Source of the DNA: Catajapyx aquilonaris
Taxonomy: Eukaryota
DNA: 64,000 bases
Assembly: GCA_000934665.2 (NCBI GenBank)
Contig: KZ538418.1
Coordinates: forward strand, 1 to 64,000
Direction: 5' to 3'
The translations under genes and the position numbers were made by a program. Shown here piece after piece: positions 26,613 through 38,613 of the stretch; position 1 is the first letter of the stretch; each line of letters starts with the position of its first letter. The notes beneath the pieces are model-generated. The model ran no database searches, was not told where the DNA came from, and saw only the letters and a program-made list of their open reading frames with translations.

Positions 26613-26729
26613 AGTCTAAACGAGATAATAAATATGAATAAAGTGGAATATTTATCCTGGCTATTCATGGCCACCATATCACCTCCATTGTTTAGCTGGT
26701 AGTCTAAATATGAGGATAAATATGAATAA
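26613..26729. repeat. Diverged direct repeat with 88-bp offset
   Basis: AGTCTAAA at 26613 and 26701, and ATAAATATGAATAA at 26628-26641 and 26716-26729; both pairs are offset by 88 bp. Confidence 0.7.
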
Positions 26730-29700
26730 CCTGGTCCCATTGTTTGTAAAACATAGCTGTGAGCCTAACTCGTTATTCGCGTTAACTTTCATTCATATAC
26801 AGCCGGTCTTTAGTGCCTGAGTTAATGTGAGAAAGGGAGAACTGTTAGAGAAATTCATTGACTCGCGCTTCTCACTTGTGATCTGCTGAGTGAGCCATGT
26901 CAGTCAGCGCACCCCTATTTCTAAGATGGTGTAAGATTCTCCCTCTCTTCCTTCTCCTTCGCACAAACGAATATCCTCTTTTTTCTATCTCGCTGAAATA
27001 TGCGGCATATGCTGCAGAGCATTCGGCTGTCAGGTTTGCACCTTCCCAGCCAATCATCAGTCTGAAAAAGACAGAGATTCCTCGCTTCCCTATACACGCA
27101 TGCTTTCTCTCTGAAGCTAAAAGCGTAAGAATCCCCAGCCTGCATTCTTCATCCACGCAAACAAACTCCCATTTGCGAGGCCCCCAAAACGACAACCACC
27201 GCTCACTAAATTTACCAATAAGAGATGCGGCCTCCTCCAAAAAACCGCGGAACTGGCATCATTGCGCCAGACAGAAGCATCTTCCAAGAATGTTAACCAG
27301 CGTGTGAATTTTTCACCCTCCTTTGCCCACAAAGCTTGCCAAGTCTTTTCGTTTGTGTTCTGTTGCAAGAGGAGCCAGAACAGTCCTTCTCTCTCTGCTG
27401 GGCCGTGTTGGGGAATCCCCGGCGCGTGATGGATGCGAGGCAGGTAGTCCTGCGCATCCACATGGGCTTAGAGGAGTCGCATCGCCCGTCACGATGTTTG
27501 GAAACAGCCAGCCCCAGGCCCATCCATAACTTGGGGAGCCCTCGCACTCTCTCTAGCAGCCGCCATTATAAATCTGCCGTTGTTGCCCAAACGTGCAAAT
27601 TGGGCTTACACTTTCATGTCGACCGCCCGGGCTGATGGCCCTCCACACACTTCAGGACCAGTCTCTCGCCTGCTCTCTCTGAGTGCGGCGTTCCATTCAT
27701 TACTTTCAGGAAGACCTCGTTTAGTCATATATCAGTGTATAGGTGCGTACTGCAACAGGACGGTGCACATCCCAAATTGAAGATTAATATAGGAAAAAGA
27801 CGGAAAGACAATCTTCTTCTGTAAGAGATGACGTGTATAAGCCCAACTGCCGCAATATTAGCCCAAATTGGAATTAGCGCGACGTCAACACCAGTGTGAC
27901 GCGTGACAATATATATCTGGCAGGAATCGTAATGAAAGGCGGGGGGAGCTTAGGAAAGGCAATATTGTTGTATGACATGACTATTGGGGTAGGAAAAGGG
28001 GCGTGAAAGGCGTGACGGCGCTGGGGAGCTTCTCTCTTCTCTTCTGTAGGCTAGGTAGAAGTTAGGTCCAAGCACAATCGGAAGCGAAGGCATCCGTCCG
28101 GAAGTCCAATCTCGATCTCCTCCCTTCTCCAGCTTGTGAAAAGGGGACTTTTCCCCCTCCAGCACCCACACCCTATCCAATATCTGCGCCCTGATGAGGT
28201 GACGGACCATGCATGCGGCCAGCCAAACCCAAGGGGTAGAAAGAAGAAGAGCCAAGGGAAAAGAGAGAGACGTCCAGCACACATAATGTGAAATTGCACA
28301 TGGAGTCAGAATCTGTGTCAACACAGATTTTTCGATCTAAAAATTTGCACTATTTTAATAGTGAATACCTAACTAATTCATGTTTGAACAAATGGAGAGA
28401 AATTGAATGCCGCAATTTGGCTGCTGGCGAGTGACTGTATGAACTACACCGTGGCTCAAGTTGACAAGTACAAATCGCATTCTGATGAGGTGGGTTGCAA
28501 AACGAAACTAATGTAGTTTGCGGCAGTGGGTCTGAGTGGGAGCAGGAAGGCAGGGGGGCCACTGAGAGTTTGGCAAAGTGGAACTGAGCAGCAGGCATGC
28601 TCCTTGGGAGAAGGTATCTCCCCAAATGTTGACAGCAACATTGGAAATGAGCCGAGAAAAGTCAACTCGCTTGCCAAGGCACATTCCGCCGCTTCTTCCA
28701 CACCCATTTTTTTTGGAGAGCTCCGCACAACATTTTCGAGTTTTCTTATCCAGCAGTTCGACAATGCTTCCAACAGAAGCCGACAGAAGCAAAACCTGGC
28801 AACACTGCTTCTCATTATTTCTCCCCGGAGGAGCATATTAATTCTCCCACTGTCAACTACCGCGTATTGCACATACCTTCTTAAATATTTGTCATAAGCA
28901 GAGGAGACATTATTCAGAGGCAGGCGCCTTGGAGCCCATTAAAGGGAGCCCCCAAAAAATCCCGTCCAACACTTTGTTCACGTGACCCTAGTAATGACTT
29001 GAGGGAGCCAGCAGCGAAAGGGGGGGTCAAAATATGGGCTTTAATAGCCCGGGTTAATTATCGTATTATATATAATGGAGGGGTGTCGTCTGTGTCAGTG
29101 GCAGAAGAAACCCGACCCCCCTTTTAGGCCCCCTCCCCATCCATTCCCCCCCCCCTCTCTCTCTGGTACGATTTTCCGCTGAGGGTGCTGCTGCCAGAAG
29201 AGCTTTTGGGACCTCTGATTCACAGGACTGTTTCCAACAATTCCCAACAATGACTCACGGACGCGTAATATTGTCTGCTTTACGCGTTTGCAGTGTGTCA
29301 TATACTAATTACGGTTACTCAAAATGTATGTGAAGACTTGCCCTCGTCACCTTGAAGGAATGAGGTGAGCTGGCGCTATACACCTGTCCTAGTCATGTAA
29401 ACACTCATCGTCTTCCGTAATTAGATGCACACCTTGGCATGCTCCTCCTAAGAAGATACTTTGCCAATGCGAAACACTTCCAAGAGGAATCTTGGGCAGA
29501 TGAATATAATAATCGGAAGCTGCATTGCCGCCGGTGGGAGAAGGCTAATTAGGACTAATGGTAGGCGGTTATAAATTTCAGAAGGAGGGGTAAGGGAAAT
29601 GGGAGTTCATAAAATTCCACTTTAATGAGCCCTACTTAATTTGGCTGTTTTCATTTCCTCCAGGATGTATTGGATAACAATAATATCGCAACGGCAAGTT

Positions 29701-31620
29701 ATGTCGGAGCAGCTTGTTGCAACACAAAGGGGGAAATATGGTGGAGGAGTGAGTTAATAAGAGTTGGCTGTTGGCTGCTGCAGCCGTTTGTCATTCGAAA
29801 GTGGCCTGGTGTGTATATATACGGTGGGAGTTAATGGAGTGAGGAGGAGGAGGAGGGAAAAGAGGGGAGGAAAAGTTTTGCTGCTTCTTATAACGAGCTG
29901 GTGGATGCTGTTGGGAAAAGAAGAAAAAAAGGAGGGGTCCGGGGTCATCCAAGTCAGTCGAGGAAGAGCAATGATTTGGGCAGACACTCGTGTCCTAATT
30001 GCCAGGCTTGCGCCCATCCATCTCCGTCTATCTATCTATCTATCCCGCCAGCAGCATTCGGCGGTAACAAGGTTGCCACTACTTGAGGAGACGGATGAGT
30101 CGCTAACGACGGAAGATGCTTGTCGCCAAGACGACACACTCTATTTACAGCAACTCGACCCGAGCGGCGCACGCTGATTGCGATGCTAAACATATCGACA
30201 ACGGATCTTCCCTTTGCTGTATATTACGTGTTAACTATTGCCGGGCTCAAGAGGGTACAAATAATATATTGGCACGCGTCAGGTCTGCACTTCCGTAGAG
30301 AGGTTAATCTATTAGCAACTTGGGCGTCGTTTCTGAGGAACTTTGCCGAAATTCCTGTAAGAAAAATATCACCCTTGTCCCATCCCACATTCTTGACCTC
30401 CACGAAGGGGTTAATCACTTTGGCACGAGTGCAAGTCAAACTATCAGGTCACCTCCTAAGCGCAGAGGTGGGATTCGCCCCCTTTAAATCAAAGGACAAG
30501 TGATGACATGGGAAGTGGATGGCTTTTTTTCCCATTTTTTATTTTTAAAAAGGACCCAGGGTTAAATATAGGGTCGGGCCTTGTGTGCTTCTTGGATTGT
30601 AACCAACGGGAGGGGCAATACTTCTCACTCGACACTTTTCATATATCCGCGGCCACTTTTGTACCATGCTGACTTTAGTAAACGAGGTATGAGTGGTGTG
30701 AATTGGCTTCTGGAGGACAAAGATATGCAACCGGAGCTGCAGCAAGGGAGGTCCTTTTCTTCCAGCCGTCGATATATGGCCACTGACGGCCATTTCATTT
30801 CCTGGCTTGAGAGCCCTGCTCTATTGCAAAAAGGTCCGAAGGGGGATTAATGAGAACACCCCCAACGGAGGAGGACTCCCCCCTTTCCTTGGGCCACCGG
30901 GCGTGAAAAGGGAGGTCCCCCTCAATTTTTCAGCGCTTTTATGAAGACAGGCCAGGGTTGGTCCGGAAAAAGCCTTGTCCATGCATCGACCATGCTGGTG
31001 ATATATGCCGCACCCCCATTCTTGGCTTCGGTAAGCCAAGGAGGGACCTCTTCCCCGGGAGACCCCCCGCAGACCCTTTGGGCTCTATCCCAGGGGCTAT
31101 TCTGCCCGCTGCTGGCCCGCCAAGGGGGGAATTATTCCTCTCCTCTCTCACCATCACCTAACTATACCATTTTCTATCCGCGGGGGTTCCCCACCTCGCC
31201 ATCGTCCGCCATCTTGGGGAACAAGAGACCCGCGATAAAATGGGCGCTGACAACCCATTCCCAGTGAGTTATGGTCATGCGGGTGCAAACTAACCCAAAC
31301 CGCTAAACCACGGTTAGAATTTGTTACTTCTATACCTCGGTGGGAGGCCGCGTATATTTGTCACATTTCGTGACAGCAGGCAGCAGTATAATGCCCGCTG
31401 AAGACAGCAGCTCTGGTTATAACAGTATAACAGCATGTTTACTACTGCCTTATGTATTTAATGGTTGGAGAGGTGGACACTTTAGTTATGTTTTGTATTT
31501 TGCTTATAAATAGTATGCCTACGTTCTTGTTTGGGGGTCATGGGTACAAACCTGAAACCAGAGACATTATTATGGGGAGAACGTGTGTTCTGCATCAGGA
31601 AAGGTTTACGAATAAAGTAT

Positions 31621-31638
31621 ATCATCATCATCATCATC
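31621..31638. repeat. (ATC)6 microsatellite
   Basis: Direct reading. Confidence 0.9.
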
Positions 31639-31841
31639 TTGGAATGCATAAATGATGTTATGTTACCTTGCAATTGTGAAGCCATTATTTCAAAAAGGTA
31701 TTAAGAATGTAATGTGAAAAACCCTGTATTACAGGAATACCAAGCAGTGGCCTAGCCGAGCTCAGAAAACATATCTTCGAAAATGATATCTTGGCAAGTA
31801 CAGAACACTTCGCACAAGCATACCATATTTTCAAAATCATA

Positions 31842-32003
31842 CTCTCTAAAAAAATTAGAGTTAAATTAACTCTTTTCAACCTTGAAAGTGGTCAATACCA
31901 AAAATGAGTTATAATAACTCATTTTTGGTATTGACCACTTTCAAGGTTAAAATAGTTAAAAAGAACCCAACTTGAGTTTTTTTTAATTGTAATTTTTAGA
32001 GAG
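31842..32003. mobile_element. 162-bp fold-back MITE with 11-bp TIRs, flanking TA dinucleotides and a perfect 35-bp internal inverted repeat
   Basis: TA-CTCTCTAAAAA (31842-31852) ... TTTTTAGAGAG-TA (31993-32003). Internal arms 31878-31912 and 31914-31948 are exact reverse complements around one A, and pairing extends imperfectly to 31866/31959. Confidence 0.85.
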
Positions 32004-34022
32004 TAAGGGATACAGTGTTTTAAAAATCTCTAAACTACCAGTTGTTATAGGAAGCATATAATGTCAGAAAGATAGAAGTTACGCAGTTTTCCTGCAAAAT
32101 TATGCATGATAGACCGTATATATTTTAAATAAAGTTATCTACATAAGTAAAGTTTCTCTTCCATATAAATTAGTCGGTAGGATTCAGCTAATGGTTTTGC
32201 ATGAATGCCCCTAAAAATTAATACGCCTACACTGTCCAAGTATACTGTACAAATGAAATAGCTATACAGTATTTTGAAAGTGTAAATTATTATTAAAAAT
32301 AAGTGTCTCCATGACAGAGAAAGGAGGAATATATTTCAAAACCAACATTAACCAGGTTTCATCCCACACAGATACTATAGTATATGCAGGATCTGCTTAG
32401 GTGACAGTATACTATTTTTATTACATTCATTTTGCAACCTAATCTTTCAAATGAAAAAATGTCAAATCCAGAACGCCATCGCATTAAAATCCCCCCAAAA
32501 AACCTGCATATATGAGGATTTTTAAAAAGTTATGCAGGAAAGGAACCACCAGCATCTTTGATTAGAATCCAATCTAGCAGTGGGCAAAATTAAACTTTTA
32601 AATCCACCCCTCAATTTCAATATTTTTGATGCCCAACTCCCCCTTCCCCCTCCTACTCATCACATCCCCTGCAAATAACGATTGCTGAGTGTTACCAATT
32701 TGCTTCTAAAAAATAAAAGGAATAGAAAATCCCAAGTTACGACTCCGGTAGCAGTACCCTATAGGCCCTATTGCTCTAAACCCATCTCAGGTGAGGCGGT
32801 TATCGCCATAAATTCCACTTTTTATAATCGAATTTTCCAAATCGAGCTTTTTGATTATACACGAATGCCACCGAAGCGATGGCCCGATTTTTTATGGCCT
32901 TCAATCAGCCAATTAGCCTATCGGCAATCGCCATGCTCGTTTGGACCGGATTCATTCCTTTTTTTTTTTTTTTGTGTGTGTGTGTGCAATAGTTGGCATC
33001 CAGCAGTACATCTGCAACACGACAACAATGCACTCCACTTTTCTCTGCTCCCCAATTAAGCCTGGCAAAATGAGCCGTCAGAACGAGACACCCGGGATTT
33101 TCACATGCGCAAGGGGCCAGTCCATTTCCATTCACAAAAATGGGACAAGGCTTGTGGACACTTTTCCTTCTCTTACCGGACGCGACAGAAACTACTTAGT
33201 GATTAAAGTATCCAGCTTCAGATGTAAATCATACACTTTCTAGATCCCTCCCAACAATGTTCCCAGACGCAAATAAATCGCGCTTTTGCACGATCCAAAC
33301 AATCTGAGAGGAATTGAGTTGGGATAGCGGTTGAGGCATGTAAGTCCGGTCGGTCGTGTGCAGGGGCCGCCACTGTATACTTTGTCTGAGGGGGGCCATA
33401 ATTTATTCGAGTCCGCAGACCCGCATCCCAGTTAATCAATTGTCCCCGCCGACACTGACTAAGTCGGTGTGGATTGTCTTCTGGGACTGGGAGGCCATTC
33501 GCTCGTAATCCGCACCTCATCGGGCTCCGGACTAACGGCTCCCATGAGGCTAGGGGGGCTTCTGGGGATGATTTTCTCCCGATAGTGCTGGAGGAAAAGG
33601 TACCATCATCCCTCCGGAGTGGGACAGCTCATCCGGTGACTTGAATGCGCGAATCACTTGGGTGGACAACCAAACTGTCCCTCTTCCTTCCCAGTTCAGA
33701 TTGGCGAATTGATCCGGATCCCGCATCTTAATTCCGGTCTGCAAACGGAGGTTCCGGGGAAACCAAATGAAGGCGCCCGATTCTCCTCTTCTTCTTCCTT
33801 TTTTTTATTTCCTTTTCCCCTGGCGAAAGGCTCTCAACTTCCTCCTCGGAAAGGATTTTTCTCTCCAAGACGGTTCCCGAGAGGCGTCGAGCCAACTCGC
33901 CTCCACTGCGGGAAGCAATAACGATCAGCGTGAATTTGGGAAGTGCAGCAGTCATGAAAAATTCATGACATTGGAACACTCAAGTATATTAAAATGGTTC
34001 CTATCGGCGATCGGAGTCGGGT

Positions 34023-34097
34023 GGGGGAGGGAGGGGGAGGGGAGAAAAAAGCGGGAAGTGAGGGGGAAAAAAGGAGGGGGGAGGAAAAGGAGGGAGA
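34023..34097 (+). other. Polypurine G-rich tract (G4-prone)
   Basis: About 75 nt that are nearly all A/G, with multiple GGG(GG) runs. Confidence 0.7.
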
Positions 34098-35268
34098 CTA
34101 ATGTATCTTTGAGGATGCATCCTGCGCCACTATTAGCTGCCTCAGGGTGTCCGGGACAGGGCGGCCAACGCCTTAGAAAATTCCACCTGCATGTAACATA
34201 TAGGCGTTGTCCTATCTTGCGCAACTTCAGGATATTAATGACATAACCATGCAGATTTGATCGCTTATTAACATACGTGATTAAAGTTACCTGTTATAAT
34301 AAGTTTCAGAAATTATGTAATATTGCATAATATTATTTGGGGACCTTGTTTTGTCAGACGGATAAGTTTATAGCAAACGTAATGTGTATCTATGAGTACT
34401 ATTTCGGGTGCAGCAAAATGATTTCATGTCCCGTCGGAACCAGTCGATTATCGAAAACTGCCTACGTAAACGTTGGAAAGTAAATATTTCAAATTTTGGG
34501 GAATATTTCCTGTCATTTTGATGTGAGAAATAACCCGCTACGATTTTGGTGACTATGTATTTTGCCTATTTTATTCTTAAATATTTTTGCTGCCTTATGG
34601 GAAGTGACTGTGATGCTTCATTTCTTATGTGTATAGTCTAATATAGTAGTCTATAAATTCATAAAAGAACTGAGCAGATGTCAGTCTCGAAAATATTTGT
34701 CTAAAAATTAATGCGTACAATAATTAACGAGATATTCGAAGTATACTGTATAATACATTATATAAATCATTTTTGGGCACGTATGAGCTGTTTGGTAGAA
34801 AACAAAAACACATACATGTTGTGCACAGACAAAATACATTTCAACATTATTTTTGCGTCTAGCTTGCATCATTGGGAACAATACTTGCTCCCTCATAAAA
34901 ATGTTTACAGCATGCTGGTTAAAAATCACACATTGGTATACTGTGAATTTCCAGCAAAAAAAGGGCGCATGTTGGCATCCCTTCCGCGGACGAATCCGTG
35001 GGCTCTAGAAGCGTCCCCAAACTGCTCCTGGTCGGAATGTTATCGTCGTTTTACCCCCCTCTCCCCTCCTTCCCTCCCAATCCTCATTCCCCTCCTGCCG
35101 CCACTTTCCCCGGGAGCGTCAGGAAAAATGGCTTCTTGCAGGCAAAAAGAAGTGTCGAAGACATGCTCGGCAGGAAGAGATGTTCGTGTATTGGTAATCG
35201 CGGGAGAGATGGTGGGCTGCTCAAGTGTCCCCCCTTGCATCAGAATGTATATATCTACTCCCTGGAGT

Positions 35269-35318
35269 GAAGAAGAAGAAGGAAAGGAAAAAAAAAGGAA
35301 AGGAAAAAAGAAAGAGGG
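35269..35318 (+). other. 50-nt pure purine tract containing a mirror repeat (H-DNA-prone)
   Basis: AA-GGAAAGG-A9-GGAAAGG-AA mirror at 35279-35305 inside an uninterrupted purine run. Confidence 0.75.
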
Positions 35319-37919
35319 CATTCCTAAGGCGGGGGAGGAGGAGGAGAGGGGTGTGGCTGGACGTAATAATAAAAAACGGAGGATGCCGGAAGGGCCAGCA
35401 GCAGAAATGACCGCGTGCTTGGGACTCCTCTGAGTTATTGGACGAGATCCTCCAGAGGACCCCCCATCACTTCCAACAAGATTACCCCGCCCTCTGGGCC
35501 ACACACCAGACGCCTCCAGAATTCTTAACCCGAGAATACGACCATCCTAACCACTCTCACTACCACCATCTTCCACCTATATAAACACAGGGTGGACCGC
35601 TCTCCCAAGTACACAGGTCAAGGGGAACATGGCACCATTATTGTCCCCGGAAAAAATTCTCAATCAACTTGCTAATGATGGCAAGGTCCAAATTGGAGGT
35701 CCAGCCCGATTGGATTGGATTTTTAGAGAGTTTTCCCCAACTGCAAAGACTACCATTCGTCAAGCTGGTAGAATCTGCAAAATCCCCGCTGTTTGTGGGT
35801 AATCTGGGTCCGGGGTGGAGGGGGTGGGCCATCTGGACACCCCGGGCTTCCGGATGAGCGATGGCATGTCCGAGATGGACTTGCCCCCCTCTCTTGGGCA
35901 ATCGGGGGTCCAGGGAAATGATGACAGAGGACGGGGATTACCCGACAACGTGCTGAAGAAAAGGAAGGAATATCTACGGGACATCTGGACACACCATGAG
36001 TCCGGATCGTTCATCTTACGTAAGGGAATATGATTTGGAGCAAGGGGGCTCTTTCCATGCTCCAAATTCTTGCGAGCCGAATCAGGGCTCGAAGCCATTC
36101 CAAGGCGGCTGTGAAGGAATTAGGGAGATGAAGTGGAGAAAAATTATCACCCGGATTCCTCCACCGCATATTGGCATTTCCCCTAGTGCATTCCCGGACG
36201 TGTGGCACCACAAAAACACAAATTACCACCTGCGTGGTGGGTCCTTACCTCCTACCCCACCCACCCACCTCCCAACAACAACAACATACCCAGACAACTC
36301 GCCTAATTTACGTCTGGGCTTAATTTGGTTACTCAGCCGGCAGCTGCTTTGTCATGCTAATCATTATTGCCCACACAAGCTCTGCCTTTTTCCCGGATTA
36401 GGGATGATGGGGAGATCTGGTGTGGGGTGGTGGTAGTTTGGGCAATCTCCTCTGCTGGCCCTTGAAATCACTCCCTTCTTTTCGGGGGAGGGGGGGGGGG
36501 TGAGGACTGAAGAGAGAGATCCCATGATCGCTCTACCATAACAACAGCTCATTACTCCGCGATGATGAAATCGAAGCCTCCCATATACGTTACGGAGGAT
36601 TGGCATTAGTTAAACATTGGCCCCCATTTTTCTCCCCCTCGTTGCTTTTAACGGGCGAGAAAAAACCCATCGGAGCCCTGTGATGGAGCACTTTAAACTT
36701 TTGATTATGCTAATCAATGCTCGGCTAATAACACACTGGATAACCCCCGGTGCACAAGTCACAACTGATCAGGAGTGCCAACCAGTCACACAGTAATGAG
36801 CAGGACCTGGAGGATCTGACTTGCACTTTTAGATAAGCATGCCCCCTTAGCTTGAAGTGAGGGAAAAAAAGACGTTGACAGTTTGCCTAACAAGCAGGCA
36901 ACCTCTGGAGTGTTATGACTTTCCAAAATGATAAGTTTTTGTTAGAAAAATATTTCCGAGTGAAGCAATGCTCATTGCCAGATGTTGTGTCAGGAAACAG
37001 CTTGATCAGAGGCCGGTGTGGAGAGGCGACCTGCCCCGGGGCCTCCCCTGGTGTCAGGGGGTTAAGTCCTGTAGGCGTGTTGGGCCACAAAAGGAGACAG
37101 CCCAGTAGCTTAGGCCTGCCTGACACCTGAATGAAGTCTTTTAGGAAAGGATCCTCCAACCTGAGAGAGAGGCCCACCCCCCACCCTGAACAGGTTCCCC
37201 GAATATTTAATTCCCTTGGACCCCTGAATGAGCCGTCCCCTGCCCATTATCCGCGTGTAAGTACTGCTCATAAACCTTCCATATTTGGCGAGCCGAATAA
37301 AAGTGGAATGCCCAGGGTGGGTGGGTGGGTTGGTAAGGAAGCTTTATGATGACCTCGGAGGACCCCAGCCTGGACAATGAGCAGTCCGCCGGGGAGTAAG
37401 ATGTTGCTTCCAGATTTATGGGACGGGCTCCCTCCAACTCCTTCTTCTTCTTCTTCTCCAGTCCTCCTTCCCATTCACATTCGTCTGGTATCCCGCCCTC
37501 TTCTCCGCCAATTCAAATTGCCTAATAAGATGGATCGGGATGGACTCCCAGGGGGGTGGGGTCGGACCTCGGATTCCACACCTCCGGGCTGACCTCTCGC
37601 CCAGGAGCATTCGTCTTCCCATTACGATTTAATACATTTGCACAAAATATATATTCTTGCCTGGCTAGTCCCGCGTTAGTGGCTGCTTAAAAGCTGTTTA
37701 GGGCGTAGCCGAAACTCGATTCTTTTCCGCAGACTTTTATGGAGGATAAATCACGACGTGGTCAAAGCTGGTCTATCAGCGTCGCTGATGCCGCAATTTC
37801 ACAGAGTTACGACCTACCAACGCTAATATTTTGTTTGGCCCTACCGGGTATACGACGAGCACAAAGTAATCTGTGCACCGCAATTTTCTCCAAAGAATAC
37901 CCCCTCCAGTAAGCCCGTA

Positions 37920-37954
37920 CAGGGTGTTCCCCGATATTATTACGAAACATCCTG
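37920..37954. mobile_element. 35-bp minimal TIR-only element of the CAGGGTGTTTC family
   Basis: TA-CAGGGTGTTCC-13 nt-GAAACATCCTG-TG; each end differs by 1 nt from the TIR of the element at 44556-44767. Confidence 0.55.
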
Positions 37955-38590
37955 TGTCGAAGAACACTGTGCACGTACCACAGCCAGAAAAAGGAAGAGC
38001 GAGACTCCTGGGTCCTTGTTGGTCTCCCGAAGTGACACCGTATTAGACAGGTCGTTGGCACAAGCTTAGCGCGGTTACATGACCGGCAGAAGACAAATGG
38101 CAGATTCCTGGCTTTTGTAGGCCCGGCTTGAAGGTGGTTAGCTGCCAGGCCCTGCTGTATGAACTCAATCCGCTACTTGAGTTGTTGGTTTAAGACTGTC
38201 CCCCCTTCCTCTCTTGTTACTCCCTCACTAAACCGCACATTTAAACCAACCCTCCCACCTGCGCATACCAAACGACACAGGGGGGGCCTTCTCCTTTCCC
38301 ACGATTGCCCCCCCTTGCAGGTACAGAAGAAAAGATGAGGCGGCCTTAAGAGTTGTCCAACTGCACGACCAGCTGAGTCAGTGGCACCCTACCAATCACT
38401 CACTGCCCTTGCTTACAATCCTGGACATTGTTTTCATTCAGAGTGTGACGTCGATTCAACCCGGCACATCTTCACTTTCTTCCCGGTTGGAAAACCTGGC
38501 CAACAAATGGCGCTAATTAATCCATGTTGTGACCAAACAGCCACCCATTGGCACCGGATGCACGGTAGTCACGGCCTGTCTTCCTATATA

Positions 38591-38613
38591 CAGGGTGTGT
38601 CATCGTGATTCAG
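38591..38613 (+). mobile_element. Solo terminal fragment related to the 44556-44767 MITE
   Basis: TA-CAGGGTGTGTCATCGTGATTCAG matches the reverse complement of the MITE right end (CAGGGTGTTTCATCGTGGTTCGG) at 20/23 positions; no partner end seen. Confidence 0.6.

Noticed and set aside
30154..30177. LDPSGAR* resembling the tarsal-less/mille-pattes LDPTGxY peptide
   Set aside because: The motif is imperfect, it is not a short ATG-initiated ORF, and it is not repeated polycistronically.
34711..35433. Longest ORF (240 aa, +) as a protein-coding gene
   Set aside because: It crosses from AT-rich into GC-rich, low-complexity DNA, includes the purine tract, overlaps similar ORFs in other frames, and has no recognisable domain.
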